64,000 bases of DNA from Spirochaetota bacterium (lineage in GTDB: Bacteria > Spirochaetota > UBA4802 > UBA5550). A program made the position numbers and the translations under genes. Below are positions 60,232 to 64,000 of this stretch, piece after piece. The notes under the pieces were generated by a model that did no database searches, was not told the origin of the DNA, and saw only the letters and a list, made by a program, of their open reading frames with translations. Every line of letters begins with the position of its first letter. The first letter of the stretch is position 1. The stretch spans positions 20,482 through 84,481 of the forward strand of contig JBGSUQ010000029.1 in assembly GCA_041753395.1 (NCBI GenBank), read 5' to 3'.

Positions 60232-61501
60232 GGGACTGCTCCTCCGGAATACTGAACCGATTCCGATACGTCTCGAAGGACCGTGTGATTTCATTTTTCG
60301 TCAGACCGAAATCATCAAGGCGGTATGAGTGGCGGCCATGCTTGTTCTGTGGATTTTCCTTCGACCACCGCTCTATACGTTTCTCCTTATCACTTGTAAA
60401 AGGTATGCCAAGAAAACCGTAAACGCGGCGCACTATGCCGACGGGGTCCTTCATGAGGTCGGCGTAGTGAACGTCGATGAATCTACCGCCGCCTGATCTG
60501 TCGCGGATGTCCATGGCGTGTGTCACCATTTTCAGGGTCTTCCTGCTCCAGTGGCGGCCGATCTCGACGGGATCGACACGGTCGCTGAAAACACCGTAGG
60601 CGTGGGATACCATGCTGCAGAAGGACGCGACGACACGTGAAGGATCACGGTGCGTGTTGATTATGCGGGCGTTGGGAAAAACCGTGAAGATCTCGTCAAA
60701 ATGCTCCATGTGCTGCGGCGTCTTCAATATCCACCGGCCCCGCGGGTTCTGCCAGTAGAGGAACTGCAGTATCTTCTTGAAATACCGGTATGCCTCTGTG
60801 TGGTCCTGCTCCTCAAGCCAGCGGGAAAAAGCGGGGACCCTCATGGTAGCCTCGGGCACGGTGCTCCAGAAGTCAAAGTCAAAGAGAAGGCAGTCCTCCT
60901 CCGGCTCGCGGGCCTCAACCGGGTGAATGGCGAAAAAATCCGGGGCCATGTACTTGAGGGCCCGCTGCGCTATCACGGCCATCTTCATCCGGGGGTCATC
61001 CGTTCTGCCGGCCTTTCCCGGCAGGGGGGCGGGATTGATTGCCTCCCATGATGCAAGAAAGCGGAAATTTTCAGTATCGGCCGCGAGCATCCTGTGCATC
61101 ATGGTCGTGCCGGTGCGTTGGAGCCCCACCACGATGACCGGGTCATCCATAGGTATTTCCAGAATCTCGGGGTGCTTTTTCAGGGCCTCCTCTATCTTCA
61201 GGCGGTTGACCAGGAACCGCACCAAGTTCTGGCGTACCATGAACCTGCCGAAGGGATTCAGCCCTGCTTCAGCGTCGATTGATCCGGTGAGAAGCTTCAT
61301 GCGGCCGCGAAATGACGGATTGCCGAAATCCGCAAGGCCTGTCTTGCGCATGGCTGCCTGTATGAGTGATTCCTCATCAAGGCTTGACCCGCGGTATCCG
61401 ATTCCGCCGAGGACCCGACCGATGCCGTTGATTATGGCAATGAGGCGGGGACGATAGGGCCTGGTGTAGCTCTTGGATGTAGTCCTGCCGGGGGCGTTCA
61501 T
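60224..61501 (-). CDS. Sulfotransferase (Sulfotransfer_3 type)
   Basis: IVVGLQRTGTT (5'-PSB loop), WILKTPQH, THRDP..VVASFCS (3'-PB), DVHYADLMKDP. Confidence 0.9.
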   Translation of the reverse strand: MNAPGRTTSKSYTRPYRPRLIAIINGIGRVLGGIGYRGSSLDEESLIQAAMRKTGLADFGNPSFRGRMKLLTGSIDAEAGLNPFGRFMVRQNLVRFLVNRLKIEEALKKHPEILEIPMDDPVIVVGLQRTGTTMMHRMLAADTENFRFLASWEAINPAPLPGKAGRTDDPRMKMAVIAQRALKYMAPDFFAIHPVEAREPEEDCLLFDFDFWSTVPEATMRVPAFSRWLEEQDHTEAYRYFKKILQFLYWQNPRGRWILKTPQHMEHFDEIFTVFPNARIINTHRDPSRVVASFCSMVSHAYGVFSDRVDPVEIGRHWSRKTLKMVTHAMDIRDRSGGGRFIDVHYADLMKDPVGIVRRVYGFLGIPFTSDKEKRIERWSKENPQNKHGRHSYRLDDFGLTKNEITRSFETYRNRFSIPEEQSHG

Positions 61502-62601
61502 TTCAGGGCACCCACCTTGTCTATTTTCACAACTCTCGTCTGCGGTTGCGGATACTCATCGGCCCGCACCCATCGGAGCAGCATGGTCCCCTGGCCGTGA
61601 CCCACGGTGTCGACCCAGTTATCGACGCCCGGATCCCTGTGGGCCACCACGATCCTCACTGAGCCGTCGGGGCGGTAGCGTGCAGAATGCTGGTTGACCC
61701 ATACAGAATAAAAGCGGTAATCGAGGGACTCCATCCAGTGGTTGTCAAGCTGGAAGTTCCACGCCTCGCACTTCGGGGGTTTGACATCTATGACGAGGGC
61801 CTCGTCTTCAGCGAGCCTCCAGTAACTGTGATAATAACAGATATTCGGGTCCCCCATGGCCGCCAGGGATACAGAAGGGTCAAATTGCGGGAGCTGGTTG
61901 GTGTGCTTCATGAACCCTTCGGCCCAGTTGGTGAACATGGTGGCCGCCCCCAGGACGATCTTCCCTGCCATGGTGAGGCCCTGCTCAATTTTTTCCGGAG
62001 TCACCGGGGTCGGCATGCCGTCGCCGCCGATACGCTCGATGGCAAGACGCGCTATTTCCTCGTTCTTGCGGTCTGCGAAGGTCTGCCGCACTATCAACGA
62101 CGAGGTCTCCTTCGTCATAGGGAGCCAGTTCCCGGGCTTCCGTTCAACACTCAGGATCACCTCAAAGGTGCCGTCTTTATTTATAGCAAGGTTCCTGCCG
62201 TCGAGATATCCCGTCTCCCCTGTCCCGCCGCCGATGCCGTAGTTCCCCTTGTAGGAGCCGAAGCCGAGGTAATTAATGGTGCCCCGTGTTCCGTGGAGGC
62301 GGTATTCGTATTCTCCGCTGATGGTTGCGTATTGATAATAATTATCGGGATTATCGGCCCCCATCTTTGCCGTTTCATGGACCGGCCTGAACAGGACCGG
62401 GGCGCGGGGATCGGAATTTTCAACAAAAGCCTCCACTATGGCCCGGGTGATCCTGCTTAAATACCGGAATCCCTCGGCCCTGGCGAGAGGATCCGCCGGT
62501 GAGGTTTCTTTAATGATATTATCTCCGGCCTTTTTCAGGGTTTCGCAAAATTCAGTCCACGTGGCGCCGCTCATCAGTCGGCTGATGGAATCGTCAGACA
62601 T
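61498..62601 (-). CDS. DUF1214-domain protein
   Basis: RAEGFRYLSR, GADNPDNYY, WNFQLDNHWMESLDY, DGSVRIVVAHRDPGVDNWVDT; ATGA overlap with the sulfotransferase. Confidence 0.85.
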   Translation of the reverse strand: MSDDSISRLMSGATWTEFCETLKKAGDNIIKETSPADPLARAEGFRYLSRITRAIVEAFVENSDPRAPVLFRPVHETAKMGADNPDNYYQYATISGEYEYRLHGTRGTINYLGFGSYKGNYGIGGGTGETGYLDGRNLAINKDGTFEVILSVERKPGNWLPMTKETSSLIVRQTFADRKNEEIARLAIERIGGDGMPTPVTPEKIEQGLTMAGKIVLGAATMFTNWAEGFMKHTNQLPQFDPSVSLAAMGDPNICYYHSYWRLAEDEALVIDVKPPKCEAWNFQLDNHWMESLDYRFYSVWVNQHSARYRPDGSVRIVVAHRDPGVDNWVDTVGHGQGTMLLRWVRADEYPQPQTRVVKIDKVGALK

Positions 62602-62906
62602 GGGAATACTCCTTGTTTCTATCACCGGCATTTAGTCAGGCAACATTCCTTATTATGAATCTGCAGTAAACAGGATGTTGGACGCCAAGTCTGCCGGCGA
62701 TTCTATTTTTATGACGTTATATGGCGGGATATCTATTATTAGCGCAATAATTTTTTATTATAGTTTTAATGAAAACTGCAGAACATAACAGGGAGTTAAG
62801 TGTGCAGACTCTTAAAAAAGTCCTCCTTCAGGGACATTCTACAATTTCCGGACACAAATCACATAACAAGGCTAATAATTTTATTCAAAATTTTCCGCAA
62901 AAAAAT

Positions 62907-62935
62907 TTGACATTTTCATAAATGTTTAATAAATT
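62907..62935 (+). promoter_or_regulatory. sigma70-like promoter for the small ORF at 63120
   Basis: TTGACA-N17-TAAATT. Confidence 0.5.
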
Positions 62936-63119
62936 TATAAGGTTTAACAAAATATGGGGTATTATAAAGACTGGCCTCATGTGGAGCATGAGACCAGCAC
63001 CGGGTTTACCCGGGGATTGACATTAACATTATGTAACATCAGAATGAATTTACTAAAGAATCTAATAAATGTCAATCACCCCCTGCTAAATATTTCAAGG
63101 TTTATATGGAGGTTTTGAT

Positions 63120-63308
63120 ATGAAAAGAGAAAAGGCAGCAAACAAGGCCAACAGGATTGAACAGGAAATAGTCAAAAAAGAGCGACTGGCCCGTGACGCT
63201 AAAAACAAGGGGATGCATGCCGTGTACAGCAATTACGTCATGGACATATCGGTCCTTAAGGCTCAACTGCAGAAACTGTCATCAGGCCCCCTCAGCAACG
63301 CGGGTTAG
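63120..63308 (+). CDS. Small basic helical hypothetical protein (62 aa)
   Basis: GGAGG RBS, own promoter candidate and terminator. Confidence 0.7.
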   Translation: MKREKAANKANRIEQEIVKKERLARDAKNKGMHAVYSNYVMDISVLKAQLQKLSSGPLSNAG

Positions 63309-63325
63309 CACTTCGCAGTCGGCAG

Positions 63326-63363
63326 CCATAAGGGCTGGACAATAGTCCGGCCCTTATGGTTTT
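63326..63363 (+). terminator. Intrinsic terminator
   Basis: CCATAAGGGCTGGAC-AATA-GTCCGGCCCTTATGG followed by TTTT. Confidence 0.8.
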
Positions 63364-63423
63364 GCGGATAACCCATTCATCCCCACATGATGGATCATTC
63401 GTAATCTATTCAACTATCCGGCC

Positions 63424-64000
63424 TCACATCTTCTTTATCATATTCAGAATGGCGGGAAGGGCTTCACCTGTCTTCATTGGAAGATATACATCGGTAATAT
63501 CACAGAAGGCATTTTCATTGGGATTAATGACAATGATTTCCCCAAACCGTTTCTTCGTTTCAAAAGGAATCTCTGCCGCGGGATACACCACCCCCGATGT
63601 TCCCAGAACAAGCAGAACATCGCATCCACGGGCAGCGGCAAAGGCGTGCGGCAGTTCCTGCACCGCCTCGCCAAACATGACGACATCAGGCCGTATGATG
63701 GAACCGCAGGCTTCACAGCGAGGCACCAGCTCCAACAATGCGGGAAGCGTAAAAACCCTGATCGCGCCCAGCTTCTTTTTCAAGCCTGACATGAAGGGCT
63801 TCCTGTCAACACTGCTCTTTTTCCCGCACGAGATGCAGGTCATTCGGAACAGGTTGCCATGGACTTCGATGATCTCGGTACTGCCGGCCTCCTGCTGAAG
63901 GTTATCTATATTCTGTGTTATGATTTTTTCAAGAATCCCCATTTTCTCGAGGTCTGCCAGGGCCCGGTGGCCTGGATTGGGATCAGCCCTTTCAAATACA
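63424..64000 (-). CDS. cobB: Sir2/CobB NAD-dependent deacylase (5' end outside window)
   Basis: PNPGHRALA, ITQNIDNL, EVHGN, two CxxC, RPDVVMFGE, GTSGVVYPAA, INP. Confidence 0.92.
   Translation of the reverse strand, partial: VFERADPNPGHRALADLEKMGILEKIITQNIDNLQQEAGSTEIIEVHGNLFRMTCISCGKKSSVDRKPFMSGLKKKLGAIRVFTLPALLELVPRCEACGSIIRPDVVMFGEAVQELPHAFAAARGCDVLLVLGTSGVVYPAAEIPFETKKRFGEIIVINPNENAFCDITDVYLPMKTGEALPAILNMIKKM

Noticed and set aside
62960-63015. SAM-I, ZMP or c-di-GMP riboswitch
   Set aside because: Only fragments such as GACTGGC match and the conserved cores are absent; kept as an unknown structured leader

Overview
A 64-kb, gene-dense bacterial chromosomal segment. I saw no rRNA, tRNA, CRISPR array, transposase or prophage gene. 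The gene set includes a LipL45/FecR-like lipoprotein, a TatT-TatP-DctQM 'TPAT' transporter, three membrane-anchored AraC regulators and many O2-labile Fe-S enzymes. This suggests an anaerobic Spirochaetota-like organism (inference only). Main points: (1) A tightly coupled minus-strand operon (~37.5-49.7 kb) encodes two 2-hydroxyacyl-CoA dehydratase/benzoyl-CoA reductase-type heterodimers and three ATP-dependent activases. Embedded in it are a truncated acetyl-CoA-synthase (AcsB)-like protein and a CooC/AcsF Ni-ATPase, with no other CODH/ACS gene in the window. (2) A PhcB-like methyltransferase is coupled to a 7TM-GAF histidine kinase, a candidate quorum-sensing pair. (3) Lipid genes of eukaryotic or sphingolipid flavour: an Spt-like synthase, an ERG2/sigma-1 homologue, an SCDase-like hydrolase divergent from fadD, and a DUF1214-sulfotransferase-SDR operon. 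(4) A YedE-TusA-double-cubane-DUF3343 cluster. (5) Several decayed genes missed by the ORF track, a composite REP-like repeat, two candidate operators and a structured leader. All family assignments come from motif recognition by eye. No database search was run.
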